Source of the DNA: Alphaproteobacteria bacterium
GTDB taxonomy: Bacteria; Pseudomonadota; Alphaproteobacteria; Bin95
Assembly (NCBI GenBank): GCA_029978325.1
Contig: JAPOJR010000002.1
Span: 2,717 to 66,716 of the forward strand
Reading direction: 5' to 3'
DNA: 64,000 bases
In this document: one piece after another, positions 9,206-18,916 of the stretch
Layout of the letters: the number at the start of each line of letters is the position of its first letter
Position numbering within the stretch: position 1 is the first letter of the stretch
The notes under the pieces: model-generated
What the model was told of the DNA's origin: nothing
Database searches by the model: none
What the model saw: only the letters and a program-made list of their open reading frames with translations
Position numbers and translations under genes: made by a program

Positions 9206-10144
9206 ATGGAATTCCGTAATCTTGGCCGCTCTGGCCTGCGCGTTTCGGCGGTCGGCGTCGGTTGCAACAACTTTGGCATGAAACTGGACGAGGCGGCGAC
9301 CGGCGCGGTTATCAACGCCGCCATCGATGCCGGAATCACCCTGTTCGACACTGCTGACATGTATGGCGCGCGCGGCGGTTCCGAAACCCACATGGGCGCG
9401 GTGCTGGGCGCCAAACGCAAGGATATCGTGCTGGCGTCCAAGTTCGGCATGGATATGGACGATTCCGGCCGCAAACGCGGCGGCTCGCGCCGCTATATCA
9501 TGAGCGCGGTCGAGGATTCGCTGCGCCGGCTGCGGACCGACTGGCTCGACCTCTACCAACTGCATCAGCCCGACCTGCTGACGCCGATCGACGAGACCCT
9601 GCGCGCGCTGGACGACCTCGTCCGGTCCGGCAAGGTGCGCTATATCGGCTGTTCGAACCTTCCGGCCTGGCAGATGGTCGAGGCGCATTTCGCGGCGGAA
9701 TTGGCCAATATCGGCGGCTTCACCTCGGCGCAGGAGGAATACAATCTCTTGAACCGCAATATTGAGAAAGACGTCCTGCCGGTCGCGCGCAAGTATGGCT
9801 TTGGCCTGCTGCCCTACTTCCCGCTGGCCAGCGGACTGTTGACCGGCAAGTACAAACGCGACGCCATGCCCGAAGGCGCGCGCCTCACCACCATGCCGAA
9901 ATTTGCCAACCGCACCTATGTGACCGACGCCAACTTTGCCAAGGTCGAAGCATTGGATGCATTCGCCAAGGATCATGGCCATACCCTGCTGGAACTGGCG
10001 TTTGGTTGGTTGCTGGCCGAGCCGGCGACGTCCAGCGTTATCGCCGGCGCGACCCGGCCCGAGCAGATCGCCAGCAACGTCGCTGCGGCGGGGTGGAAGC
10101 TCACCGCCGAGGAGAAAGCCGCGGTCGACGCGATTGTCGCCTGA
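9206..10144 (+). CDS. Aldo/keto reductase
   Basis: Protein MEFRNLGRSGLRVSAVGVGCNNFG...FDTADMYG...YIGCSNLPAWQ shows typical AKR family signatures. Confidence 0.85.
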   Translation: MEFRNLGRSGLRVSAVGVGCNNFGMKLDEAATGAVINAAIDAGITLFDTADMYGARGGSETHMGAVLGAKRKDIVLASKFGMDMDDSGRKRGGSRRYIMSAVEDSLRRLRTDWLDLYQLHQPDLLTPIDETLRALDDLVRSGKVRYIGCSNLPAWQMVEAHFAAELANIGGFTSAQEEYNLLNRNIEKDVLPVARKYGFGLLPYFPLASGLLTGKYKRDAMPEGARLTTMPKFANRTYVTDANFAKVEALDAFAKDHGHTLLELAFGWLLAEPATSSVIAGATRPEQIASNVAAAGWKLTAEEKAAVDAIVA

Positions 10145-10150
10145 TCTGCT

Positions 10151-10957
10151 TTAGCCCGCCATCAGCCGGTCGAGGAGCGCTGCCGCGCATTCCTCGACCC
10201 CCGGCTGGTCCGCCAGGCGCGGCGGCGCGCCAGCCGGCAGGGCAAATTCCTCAAGGCCGGCGGGCTGGCCGCCCAGCACGACGATGCGATCGGCGAGGCG
10301 CACTGCCTCAGACGAGTCGCCCGTGACATGCAGGACGGTGCACCCCTCCAACAGATCCCTCGCAAATTCTTGCATGTGGAGCCGGGTGCCGCGGTCCAGT
10401 GCTGCAAAGGGCTCGTCCAATAGCACAATGGGCCGGTCCGACAGCAAGGCGCGGACCAATGCCACCCGCTGGCGCATGCCGGTCGAAAGGATCGCCGTCG
10501 GGTCGTCCATGCGTTCCCCCAAACCGACTGCCGACAGCAATTCCTGGGCTTCCTTGCGTTTTTCCGCCGCTGGAATGCGCGCGGATGCCGGGTCGCCGCA
10601 CGCATTGTCCAACACGGTTTGCAGCGGCTCCAACCCCGCCTGGCCATCCATCAGCGCAACCAAACCATCGGCGGGCCGCCCATCCGGCAGCGTCACGCGA
10701 TACCGACCGTCGCCGACCGGTTGGCCGGCAGCAAGCCGAAGGAGGGTCGACTTGCCGACCCCGCCATCGCCCAGCAAACAGGTCCACTGGCCTGGCTGCA
10801 GGTGCAGCGTCAGGTTCTGAAACAACAGGTGATCGTCAAAGCTGAGCCGTTCGACCGTAATGGCCAGGCCGGGAGCGTATTCTGAATCCGGAGATTCTGT
10901 TTCAATCGTCAATGCAGGTTCCTCAAGCCGGGTCGGTCCCGCAACCAGCTCGACCAC
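10151..10957 (-). CDS. ABC-type ATPase (NitT/TauT-like), orphan, with a degenerate H-loop
   Basis: Walker A is GDGGVGKST, the signature is LSTGMRQR and Walker B is IVLLDEP. The usual VTHD H-loop reads VTGD. No permease or binding-protein gene lies adjacent. Confidence 0.75.
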   Translation of the reverse strand: MVELVAGPTRLEEPALTIETESPDSEYAPGLAITVERLSFDDHLLFQNLTLHLQPGQWTCLLGDGGVGKSTLLRLAAGQPVGDGRYRVTLPDGRPADGLVALMDGQAGLEPLQTVLDNACGDPASARIPAAEKRKEAQELLSAVGLGERMDDPTAILSTGMRQRVALVRALLSDRPIVLLDEPFAALDRGTRLHMQEFARDLLEGCTVLHVTGDSSEAVRLADRIVVLGGQPAGLEEFALPAGAPPRLADQPGVEECAAALLDRLMAG

Positions 10958-10966
10958 ACCGGCCGG

Positions 10967-11749
10967 TTAGCGCCCCTGAAACCGAGGCTCGCGCTTTTCC
11001 AGAAAAGCCCGAACGCCTTCCTTGCGGTCCTCGGATTCCAAGGCGCGATCCTGGCTCCAACTCTCCCAGAGCGCGGCGTCGTACGGCTCTCGGTTCAGGC
11101 CTTTCAACACGGCCTGCTTGGTCATCGCCATGTGTTTGGTCGGGCCTTTCGCCAGACGTTCGGCCAGAGCCAGCACTTGCGGCATCAGATCGTCCGCCGG
11201 CACGATGCGGTTAATGGCGCCGGCCGCCTTCGCCTCCTCCAGCGGAATGTCGTCGGCTAGGTAGAGCCACTCCATCGCGCGGGCATAGCCGACCATCTTC
11301 GGCAATGTCCAGGTGATCAGATCGTCCGGGTGGATCGCCCGCTTCAGCCAGACCGGGATCAGCCGCGCCTTTTCGCTGGCAATGCGGATATCGCAGAGCA
11401 GCGCCAGGCCCAGGCCGCCGCCCGCAGCCGCGCCGTTGATGGCGGCAATGGTCGGCTTCGGCATCTCCAGCAATTCCACGCACCAGGCAAAGCGCGGCTC
11501 GCTCGGGCCGGTGGGCCAGGGCCGCTTGTCCTCGGCGGCGAGGTCCGCGCCGGCGCAGAAGCCGCGGCCCGCGCCGGTCAGCACCAGGCAGCGCGCCTCC
11601 GGATCGCCCGCAACCTGCTGGATCATCGCCCGGATTTCATGGCGCATGACGCCGTCGAAGGCATTCAGCCGGTCCGGGCGGTTCAGCGTGACGACAACAA
11701 CGCCATGGTCGCGCCGCTCCAGCGTCAGGGTTTGGTAGGCATCGGTCAT
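10967..11749 (-). CDS. Enoyl-CoA hydratase/isomerase (crotonase) family protein
   Basis: Protein ...VVVVTLNRPDRLNAF...LVLTGAGRGFCAGADL...AAINGAAAGGGLGLALLCDIRIA contains the crotonase oxyanion-hole motifs. Confidence 0.85.
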   Translation of the reverse strand: MTDAYQTLTLERRDHGVVVVTLNRPDRLNAFDGVMRHEIRAMIQQVAGDPEARCLVLTGAGRGFCAGADLAAEDKRPWPTGPSEPRFAWCVELLEMPKPTIAAINGAAAGGGLGLALLCDIRIASEKARLIPVWLKRAIHPDDLITWTLPKMVGYARAMEWLYLADDIPLEEAKAAGAINRIVPADDLMPQVLALAERLAKGPTKHMAMTKQAVLKGLNREPYDAALWESWSQDRALESEDRKEGVRAFLEKREPRFQGR

Positions 11750-11849
11750 GGCGATTGTCCCAAAGAAAATCCGTTATTGCGCGGCTACCAAGCAGTCTCG
11801 CAATAACGGATGGAATGAGAGAGGGGACAGCGCGCCGCCCCCAAAACCC

Positions 11850-12707
11850 TCAGAACGGCACGTCGCCGCAAATGGTGATGCGGTGCATGCGGCGGCGCTC
11901 GGTATAATCGGGCACGGCGTAATGCTGGACGCAGCGGTTGTCCCACAGGGTCAGCGAGCCGGGCTGCCAGCGCACGCGGCAGGTAAATTCCGGCCGGATG
12001 GAGTGCGCCTTCAGGTATTTCAGCATCCCGTCGGACTCCGCTTCCGTAAAGCCGTCGAAACGCTTCACATGGCTGCCGACATATAGCGCCTTGCGCCCGG
12101 TCTCCGGATGGGTCCGGATAAGCGGGTGGGCGCTTTCCGTCTGTAGGTCGCCTGGATCGCGGACCTTGGAGGCCATGTCAGGGTTGGAGCCATAGCGCGA
12201 GCCACGGTCCGCGGCCTTGCCACCGACACACCAGCCCTTCACATCGGCCAGCATGGTCTTCATGCCATCGCTGAGTGCGTCATAGGCGTCGTACATGTTG
12301 GCGAACATGGTGTCGCCACCGGCGCTCGGCACTTCATGCGCATAGAGCATGGTCGCCATGGCTGGCTTCGGATTGAACATTTGGTCCGTGTGCCAGGCCG
12401 CGCCGAACGTATACGAATCCGTCGGCTCTTTCTTGATCTCCAGAATGTCCGGATAGGCATCCATGCCCTTCATGAAGGGATGGTGGTGGATTTCGCCGAA
12501 GCGGTGCGCAAAGGCGATCTGCTGTTCCGGCGTAATCTTCTGATTGCGCAGCACAACCACCTGGTGCTCAAGCCAGGCCGATTTCAGTTCGGCAAAGACT
12601 TCGTCGCTGAGATTGGCGAGATCGACGCCATCGATCTCCGCACCCATCGACCCGGCGAAGGGCCGGACGGTGATGTGTTGGTACCCATTGGTCAGGTCTA
12701 ACGGCAT
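11850..12707 (-). CDS. TauD/TfdA-family Fe(II)/2-oxoglutarate dioxygenase (taurine dioxygenase-like)
   Basis: It has the WHTD (HxD) iron motif, the ...AHPLIRTHPETGRKALYV segment and the C-terminal ...WDNRCVQHYA. Confidence 0.85.
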   Translation of the reverse strand: MPLDLTNGYQHITVRPFAGSMGAEIDGVDLANLSDEVFAELKSAWLEHQVVVLRNQKITPEQQIAFAHRFGEIHHHPFMKGMDAYPDILEIKKEPTDSYTFGAAWHTDQMFNPKPAMATMLYAHEVPSAGGDTMFANMYDAYDALSDGMKTMLADVKGWCVGGKAADRGSRYGSNPDMASKVRDPGDLQTESAHPLIRTHPETGRKALYVGSHVKRFDGFTEAESDGMLKYLKAHSIRPEFTCRVRWQPGSLTLWDNRCVQHYAVPDYTERRRMHRITICGDVPF

Positions 12708-12725
12708 GTTTGGTTTCCTCCAGAA

Positions 12726-13631
12726 TTATTCTGCGGCTCGCAATTGGTCTTCCTGCTGCGCCGTCTGAACACCGCCGGTCAGGGTGGTGCGGCGCATATC
12801 CCGCTTCTCGGTCGTATCCGGGAAGCGGCGGACGCGGTGCATGGTTTGGCGGTTGTCCCAGATGACCAGATCGTGCAGCCGCCATTTGTGCACGTAAACA
12901 AAATCGGGATGAGTTGCATGGTCGTTCAGGTCGCGCAACAGCGAGCGCGCCTCCGGCATCGGCCAGCCGACAATGCCGCCGGCATGCGCCGAAAGGTAGA
13001 GCGATTTGCGCCCGGTCACCGGATGTTGGCGCACCAGCGATTGCCGCACCGGCTTAAAGTTGGCCTTTTCCTCGTCCGTCAGCTCGGTAAAGCCCAATAT
13101 GCCGCGCGAATACATCAGCGAGTGCTCGCAAATCAGGCCATCGACCTCTGCCTTCTGCCAATCATCCAGCGCGTCGTAAGCGGCGCGCATGTCGGCGAAT
13201 TCGGTATTGCCGCCGCGGGACACGACGCTGCGGCAAGACAGCAGTGAGTATTTCGAGGGGATGACCCGGAACGAACTATCCGAATGCCAGAGTTGATTGC
13301 CAAAGTTGAAAAACCGCCGGCGGTCGTTGCGGTCCAACGGCTCGTTATCCTTGCCCAGGTTCGAGACGTCGGCAATCTCGCGCCGGACCCGGCGCTCATG
13401 ATCCTTGATAATGTTGGACTTGTTATCCGGCAGTTCGAGGTCGCCGAAATTCTTCGAGAAGGCGATCTGCTGCTCGTCGGTGATATCCTGGCCGTGGAAA
13501 ATCAGCACGGCATACCGGTCCATGCCGGCTTCAATCGCCGCGGCCTCGGCAGCCGTCAGCGGCTTTGTCAGGTCCACGCCCGATACTTCGCCGACGAAGT
13601 GTTGGTGCAGTTGCTTGATTTCGAGAGGCAT
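12726..13631 (-). CDS. TauD/TfdA-family Fe(II)/2-oxoglutarate dioxygenase (TfdA-like)
   Basis: It has the WHSDSSF (HxD) motif, ...RQHPVTGRKSLYLSAHAG... and ...WDNRQTMHR. It sits in tandem with the previous paralogue. Confidence 0.85.
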   Translation of the reverse strand: MPLEIKQLHQHFVGEVSGVDLTKPLTAAEAAAIEAGMDRYAVLIFHGQDITDEQQIAFSKNFGDLELPDNKSNIIKDHERRVRREIADVSNLGKDNEPLDRNDRRRFFNFGNQLWHSDSSFRVIPSKYSLLSCRSVVSRGGNTEFADMRAAYDALDDWQKAEVDGLICEHSLMYSRGILGFTELTDEEKANFKPVRQSLVRQHPVTGRKSLYLSAHAGGIVGWPMPEARSLLRDLNDHATHPDFVYVHKWRLHDLVIWDNRQTMHRVRRFPDTTEKRDMRRTTLTGGVQTAQQEDQLRAAE

Positions 13632-13701
13632 AGCTAGTCCTCAGATGTCCTGATCACCGGTAATCTTACGCCAAAATCCGACAAGCGGGAATAAAAAGAC
13701 A

Positions 13702-14511
13702 TCACTCCGCCCACCTCGGCTTGCGCTTTTCTATGAAGCTGGCGACGCCCTCGCGGCCCTCATCGCTCAGCATGCAGCGGGCGAAGGCATAGCCGCCGGC
13801 CTGGCGGGCCTCCTCCGCCGTCATGCGGGGCAGCGCCATGATCAGCGCTTTGGTCTCGGCGTTGGCGGCGGGGCTGCAAGACCGCACACCGGTGCGGATT
13901 TCCAACTCGGTCGCGCCCAACGCTGCCTCGGTCGAGACGACATAGTCCGCAAGGCCCAGCCGACCGGCCTCCTCGCCGCGGAAACGGCCACCGGTCAGCA
14001 TCAGGCGCCGGCCCGCTGGCAGACCCATGCGCGCGATGACAAACGGCGCGATCTGCGCCGGAACGATGCCGATCTGCGTCTCGGTCATCGAGAACAGCGC
14101 GTCTTGCGTGCAGACGACGATATCGGCGCAACAGGTCAGACCCAGACCGCCGGCGATGGCCGCGCCCTGCACCAGCACCACGACTACCTGCGGCAACGTG
14201 TTGATCTGGTGGAACAATTCGCCAGTGTCGGCATTGGCCTTAGCGACGTCGTCCAGGTTCTGCTCGCCGCCTTGGAAGACGCTCTGGAACCCCTTGATGT
14301 CACCGCCGGCGCAAAACACCTTGCCCTTACCGCGCAGCGTGACGCCCCGCAGCGAGCGATCCTTGCGCACCGCAGCAACGATGGCGCTCAACTCGGCAGA
14401 GACCTCTTTCGACAAGGCATTGCGCGCATCAGGCCGGTTGAACCAGATGGTCAGCCAGTCGGTCTCGCGCTCCAGCAGGAAGTGTTCGCAAACGGGAAGG
14501 GTGGGAGTCAT
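13702..14511 (-). CDS. Enoyl-CoA hydratase/isomerase family protein
   Basis: Protein ...TIWFNRPDARNAL...LRGKGKVFCAGGDI...VLVQGAAIAGGLGLTCCADIVV carries the crotonase motifs. Confidence 0.85.
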   Translation of the reverse strand: MTPTLPVCEHFLLERETDWLTIWFNRPDARNALSKEVSAELSAIVAAVRKDRSLRGVTLRGKGKVFCAGGDIKGFQSVFQGGEQNLDDVAKANADTGELFHQINTLPQVVVVLVQGAAIAGGLGLTCCADIVVCTQDALFSMTETQIGIVPAQIAPFVIARMGLPAGRRLMLTGGRFRGEEAGRLGLADYVVSTEAALGATELEIRTGVRSCSPAANAETKALIMALPRMTAEEARQAGGYAFARCMLSDEGREGVASFIEKRKPRWAE

Positions 14512-14655
14512 CGCGGGCCTCAGAACTATAACGGATTGCTATGCATTAGTGTGCCGGCACACTTGCGGCGACGCGAGCGCTTATTTTGTTTGCCGCCGCC
14601 CACAAGCTCAGTAGGTTTAGCCGCAATTGCTTTCCGCAGCGTCAGGCTCTCCAGA

Positions 14656-15513
14656 ATGACCGCAACCATTATCCCGACCGCCACCAGCTTCCATACCGCC
14701 GACGGCCTCACCCTCACCGCCGACCGGTGGGGAACGGGCGACCAGGTTGTGTTGCTATTCCATGGCGGCGGCCAGACCCGGCACGCCTGGGGCGGCGCGG
14801 CGCAGCGGCTGGCGGCGGCTGGCTGGTGCGCCTACACCATCGACCAGCGCGGCCACGGTGAAAGCGACTGGAGCCCGGACGGCGAATACCGCATCGACCG
14901 CTTTGCCGAAGACGTGCGCGGCATATGCCGCAGCTTCGCCAAGCCGCCTGCCGTAGTCGGCGCATCGCTCGGCGGCATCGCCTCGCTCATAGCGCAGGGC
15001 GAGTGCGCCGAAGCCGTGCTGTCTGCCCTGGTGCTGGTCGATATCACGCCGCGGGTCGAGCGCGCCGGCGTCGAGCGTATCATCAACTTCATGGCGGCCA
15101 GGGCCGAGACCGGCTTCGCCACGCTGGAGGAATGCGCCGACTACGTCGCCAGCTACCTGCCGCACCGCAAGCGCCCCAAGGACCTGTCCGGCCTGATGAA
15201 GAACCTGCGCCTGCGCGACGATGGCCGCTATTACTGGCACTGGGACCCGCGCTTCGTCACCAATGCGGAACGCCGGATGGAAGACCGTGACCCGGCGCGC
15301 ATGATCGCCGCCGCGGGACGCCTGCAATGCCCGACGCTGTTGGTGCGCGGCGGCTCCAGCGACCTGGTCAGCGAAGAAGTGGCGCGCGAGTTCCTGGACC
15401 TGGTGCCTCAGGCCGAGTTCGCCGACGTGGCCGGCGCCGGCCACATGGTGGCGGGCGACAAAAACGACGCCTTCACCGACGCCGTGCTGCCGTTCTTGAG
15501 CAAGCATCATTAA
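14656..15513 (+). CDS. Alpha/beta-fold hydrolase
   Basis: Protein MTATIIPTATSFHTADGLTLTADRWGTGDQVVLLFHGGGQTRHAW...VVGASLGG (nucleophile elbow GxSxG)...GAGHMVAGD. The 14104 start in the ORF track is antisense to the crotonase gene and was rejected. Confidence 0.85.
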   Translation: MTATIIPTATSFHTADGLTLTADRWGTGDQVVLLFHGGGQTRHAWGGAAQRLAAAGWCAYTIDQRGHGESDWSPDGEYRIDRFAEDVRGICRSFAKPPAVVGASLGGIASLIAQGECAEAVLSALVLVDITPRVERAGVERIINFMAARAETGFATLEECADYVASYLPHRKRPKDLSGLMKNLRLRDDGRYYWHWDPRFVTNAERRMEDRDPARMIAAAGRLQCPTLLVRGGSSDLVSEEVAREFLDLVPQAEFADVAGAGHMVAGDKNDAFTDAVLPFLSKHH

Positions 15514-15527
15514 ACCGGACCGCGGCT

Positions 15528-16031
15528 TCAGGCATTCGCCCGGGCCAGGACGAGGCGCAAGGCGTCTCGCACTGCCGCCAGACGCACCGCCGTACGGTCG
15601 CCCGGGTAGAGGCGATGCGCGGTTTCAGTCGGCGCGCCACGGCGGGCAACGCCCAGGAATACGGTACCAACGGGTTTAGCCTCCGTGCCGCCGCCAGGGC
15701 CGGCCAAACCGCTGACCGCGACCGCTATATCCGCATCCCGGCCCGCAATACGCAGAACGCCCTCCGCCATCAGCGCCACAGTCTGCGCCGACACAGCCCC
15801 ATGGGTGTGCAACACGGCCTCCGGCACGCCCAACACCTCCCGCTTGGCCTGGTTCGAGTAGGTGACAAAGCTTCGTCCTATGCAATCGCTGGACCCTGCG
15901 ATCTCGGTCAGGGCACCGGCGATCAGGCCGCCTGTGCAGGATTCGGCGGTGGAGACGCGCAGGCCGGCCCGGCGCAGCGCATCCAGCGTTGCAGCGGCGA
16001 GGCTGGCAACATCGTCCGGAAACAGGCTCAC
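15528..16031 (-). CDS. CinA-family nicotinamide-nucleotide amidohydrolase domain protein (PncC-like)
   Basis: It carries the ...TAESCTGGLIAGALTEIAGSSDCIGRSFVTYSNQAKREVLGV motif. The likely GTG start forms a GTGA overlap with the pgpA stop. The ATG at 16091 would overlap pgpA by 64 nt. Confidence 0.8.
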   Translation of the reverse strand: MSLFPDDVASLAAATLDALRRAGLRVSTAESCTGGLIAGALTEIAGSSDCIGRSFVTYSNQAKREVLGVPEAVLHTHGAVSAQTVALMAEGVLRIAGRDADIAVAVSGLAGPGGGTEAKPVGTVFLGVARRGAPTETAHRLYPGDRTAVRLAAVRDALRLVLARANA

Positions 16032-16492
16032 AGCAATCCGCCCATCTGCATCAGGCCCATGACGACGCCGGCATAGAGCCCGGCAATCCAATCGTCTGCC
16101 ATGATGCCGAGCCCGCCGGGAATATTGCGGTCCGCCCAGGACGCGGGCCAGGGCTTCAGGATATCGGCGGCGCGGAACAGAACAAAGGCAATAGCGATTT
16201 CAGCCAGGCCCAGCGCCGCACACGGCAGCAGCGCCAGCCATTGCCCGGCAACTTCGTCAATGACGACTGCGCCGGGATCATCCTTGCCCAACGCATCGGC
16301 ATAGCGCTCGCCGGCCCAAACGCCAGCGATGCTGACCAGAATGACACCACCGATGAGCGCCGGCACGCCGCCCAGCCAAAGCAGCAAGACACCCGGCGGC
16401 AGCGCCGCCAAAGAGCCCCAGGTGCCAGGAGCCTTTGGCAACAGACCCGTGCCGAACCAGGTTGCAATCAACGCCGCCGCGCGGCCGCTCAT
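16028..16492 (-). CDS. pgpA: Phosphatidylglycerophosphatase A
   Basis: Protein ...[21 protein letters not shown]...VIDEVAGQW...[11 protein letters not shown] shows the PgpA signature. It has a 4-nt overlap with ispDF. Confidence 0.85.
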   Translation of the reverse strand: MSGRAAALIATWFGTGLLPKAPGTWGSLAALPPGVLLLWLGGVPALIGGVILVSIAGVWAGERYADALGKDDPGAVVIDEVAGQWLALLPCAALGLAEIAIAFVLFRAADILKPWPASWADRNIPGGLGIMADDWIAGLYAGVVMGLMQMGGLL

Positions 16493-17700
16493 GACAACAC
16501 CGGCAGGCTGAGCGTTGCAACGGCATGGGCGGCGATACCTTCTTCGCGCCCCGTAAATCCAAGCCTTTCGCTGGTGGTCGCCTTCACGGCAACACGGTCG
16601 AGCGGCAACACGGCGATTTCGGCGATACGGGCCCGCATGGCGTCGCGGTGCGGGCCGATCTTCGGACGCTCACAGACCAGCGTCAGGTCCAGGTGCAGGA
16701 CCGTTCCGCGCCGCTCCGCAACCCGTCCGACGGCGTGCCGCAGGAATAGGGCGCTGTCCGCACCCCGCCACGCCGCCTCGCCGGGCGGGAAATGGTGCCC
16801 GATATCGCCTTCGGCCAAAGCGCCATAGATGGCGTCGCAAAGCGCATGCAAGCCAACATCGGCGTCGGAATGGCCGGCCAGGCCTTTGCCGTGCGGGATG
16901 CGAACACCGCCCAGCGTGACGTGGTCGCCGGGGCCGAAGGCGTGCACATCATAGCCAAAGCCGGTCCGCGGCTCTCGCGCGCCGGCCAACAGCGTTTCCA
17001 ATCGGACAAGATCCGAAGCGGTTGTGACTTTCAGCAAAGCTTCGTCTCCCTCGACCAACGCAACCTGCTGTCCCATGGCTTGCAACAGATCGGCGTCATC
17101 GGTGAATTCCTGCTGCGGCAATGCCCGATGCGCCGCCAGAATATCAGCAAACCTGAACCCCTGGGGCGTCTGCGCCCGCCAAAGGCCCACGCGCGGCACA
17201 GTTTCGGCAATCCTACCATCCGGACCGGAGCGCTTCAGGGTATCGACCACCGCCATGGCCGGAATTGCTCCGGGCGCAGTCTCCAGCGCCGCCAGCACGC
17301 GGCCGACGACCGACGGCAGCAGCAGGGGACGCGCCGCATCATGGATCAGCACCCGGCCCGGCGGCGCGGGCAGCGCCGCCAGCGACTCCAGACCGTTGCG
17401 CACCGACGCCTGTCGGGTCGCGCCTCCCGGAACGGACGTCACGTCGCCCTGAAGGCCAGCAATAGCCTCCTCAAAGGCCGCCTGGTCATCCGGATGAATG
17501 ACGCAACAGACCAACTCAACAGCCGGATGCGCCAGAATCGCCTCGACAGACCAGCGCAACAGCGTGCGACCGGCCAAATTCGCATATTGCTTTGGGCCGT
17601 CGCCGCCAAATCGACTGCCTCTGCCCGCCGCAACAACGATTGCCGCGGTCCGAGGCCCGGCTGCCGGATTCAGAGTTCTTTTCGCCATGCGGCGCCGCAT
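16489..17700 (-). CDS. ispDF: Bifunctional 2-C-methyl-D-erythritol 4-phosphate cytidylyltransferase / MEcPP synthase
   Basis: The N-terminal IspD part is [13 protein letters not shown]. The C-terminal IspF part is [11 protein letters not shown]...[14 protein letters not shown]...[19 protein letters not shown] Shine-Dalgarno sequence precedes the ATG at 17700. Confidence 0.9.
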   Translation of the reverse strand: MRRRMAKRTLNPAAGPRTAAIVVAAGRGSRFGGDGPKQYANLAGRTLLRWSVEAILAHPAVELVCCVIHPDDQAAFEEAIAGLQGDVTSVPGGATRQASVRNGLESLAALPAPPGRVLIHDAARPLLLPSVVGRVLAALETAPGAIPAMAVVDTLKRSGPDGRIAETVPRVGLWRAQTPQGFRFADILAAHRALPQQEFTDDADLLQAMGQQVALVEGDEALLKVTTASDLVRLETLLAGAREPRTGFGYDVHAFGPGDHVTLGGVRIPHGKGLAGHSDADVGLHALCDAIYGALAEGDIGHHFPPGEAAWRGADSALFLRHAVGRVAERRGTVLHLDLTLVCERPKIGPHRDAMRARIAEIAVLPLDRVAVKATTSERLGFTGREEGIAAHAVATLSLPVLS

Positions 17701-17797
17701 AGCATGCCTTTCCTCAATGCAACAGAGGGGTTGAAAGTTCGAAATGAAATGCCTAATTTGCTTAAAAGTTGGTCACATGAAGAAATGATTATTTTTT

Positions 17798-18892
17798 ATG
17801 CAACTTCCGGTCTCCTCACAACCCAGCCCCGCGGCCATATTTGAGGCCCTATCGGCCGCCTTGGTCGTCATCGATGCCGATGGCATCGTCTGCCAGGCGA
17901 ATTCGGCCGCTGAACAATTCCTCCAGATCAGCCGCCAGAGCCTGCTGCAACGCCGGCTGCAGGACATCGTTCCAGAAGATTCGCCGCTGCACGCCTTGGT
18001 CGGCCAGGTCCGATCCAGCAACGTCAGCATCGCCGATCATGGCATCCCGCTGGAAACGCAGAGGGTTTCGATTCCGGCGATTTCGGCCCAGATATCCCCG
18101 GTTCTGGATAGCGACGGGGTCGCCATGGGGTACATCGTCCTTTCGCTGTCGCCCCATACCATCGCCCAGCGGATCGACCAGCAATTGCTGCATCGTCATG
18201 CCGGCCGGTCGGTGGCAGCGATGTCGGCATTGCTGGCGCATGAGGTCAAAAACCCGCTGGCCAGCATTCGCGGCGCCGCCCAGCTGATGGAGATGAACGT
18301 CGCCGAGGACGACCGCGAACTGGTCGGCTTGATCTGCGACGAGGTCGACCGCATCAACAATCTGGTCGACCGGATGGGCCTGGCGGCTGACCCTCGGGGC
18401 CTGGAGCGCGGACCTGTCAATATCCACGAAGTGCTGGAACGCGCACGGCGGATCGCAGAAACCAGCTTTGGCGAGGGCATCAGGCTTATCGAGCGCTATG
18501 ACCCATCGTTGCCGCCGGCCTTCGGCCATCGCGATCAGCTGATCCAAGTCTTTCTTAACCTAATCAAAAACGCGTGCGAGGTTCTGGGGCCCGATCGGGG
18601 CGAAATCGTGATCTCAACCGCCTACCAGCATGGGGTCCGGATCTCGGTGCCAGGTGCTGCAAAACCAGTAGATTTGCCGTTGGTGGTACGCATTCAGGAC
18701 AATGGGCCAGGCGTACCGGACGACCTGCGCCCGCATCTGTTCGATCCATTTGTATCCGCCAAGCCCGGCGGCCACGGATTGGGGCTGGCCATAGTTGCCA
18801 AAATCGTGAGCGAACACGGCGGCCTCGTCGAGTGCGACAGCGAACCGGGCCGCACCGTTTTCACTGTGATGCTGCCCGTTTCGTTGGGGTAG
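17798..18892 (+). CDS. ntrB: Nitrogen regulation sensor histidine kinase NtrB
   Basis: It has a PAS-like N-terminus, the H-box LAHEVKNPLASIRGAAQL, and an HATPase region (...QDNGPGVP...GGHGLGLAI). It lies directly upstream of ntrC. Confidence 0.85.
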   Translation: MQLPVSSQPSPAAIFEALSAALVVIDADGIVCQANSAAEQFLQISRQSLLQRRLQDIVPEDSPLHALVGQVRSSNVSIADHGIPLETQRVSIPAISAQISPVLDSDGVAMGYIVLSLSPHTIAQRIDQQLLHRHAGRSVAAMSALLAHEVKNPLASIRGAAQLMEMNVAEDDRELVGLICDEVDRINNLVDRMGLAADPRGLERGPVNIHEVLERARRIAETSFGEGIRLIERYDPSLPPAFGHRDQLIQVFLNLIKNACEVLGPDRGEIVISTAYQHGVRISVPGAAKPVDLPLVVRIQDNGPGVPDDLRPHLFDPFVSAKPGGHGLGLAIVAKIVSEHGGLVECDSEPGRTVFTVMLPVSLG

Positions 18893-18916
18893 ACCGATGA
18901 CTTTGAAGAGACTGCA

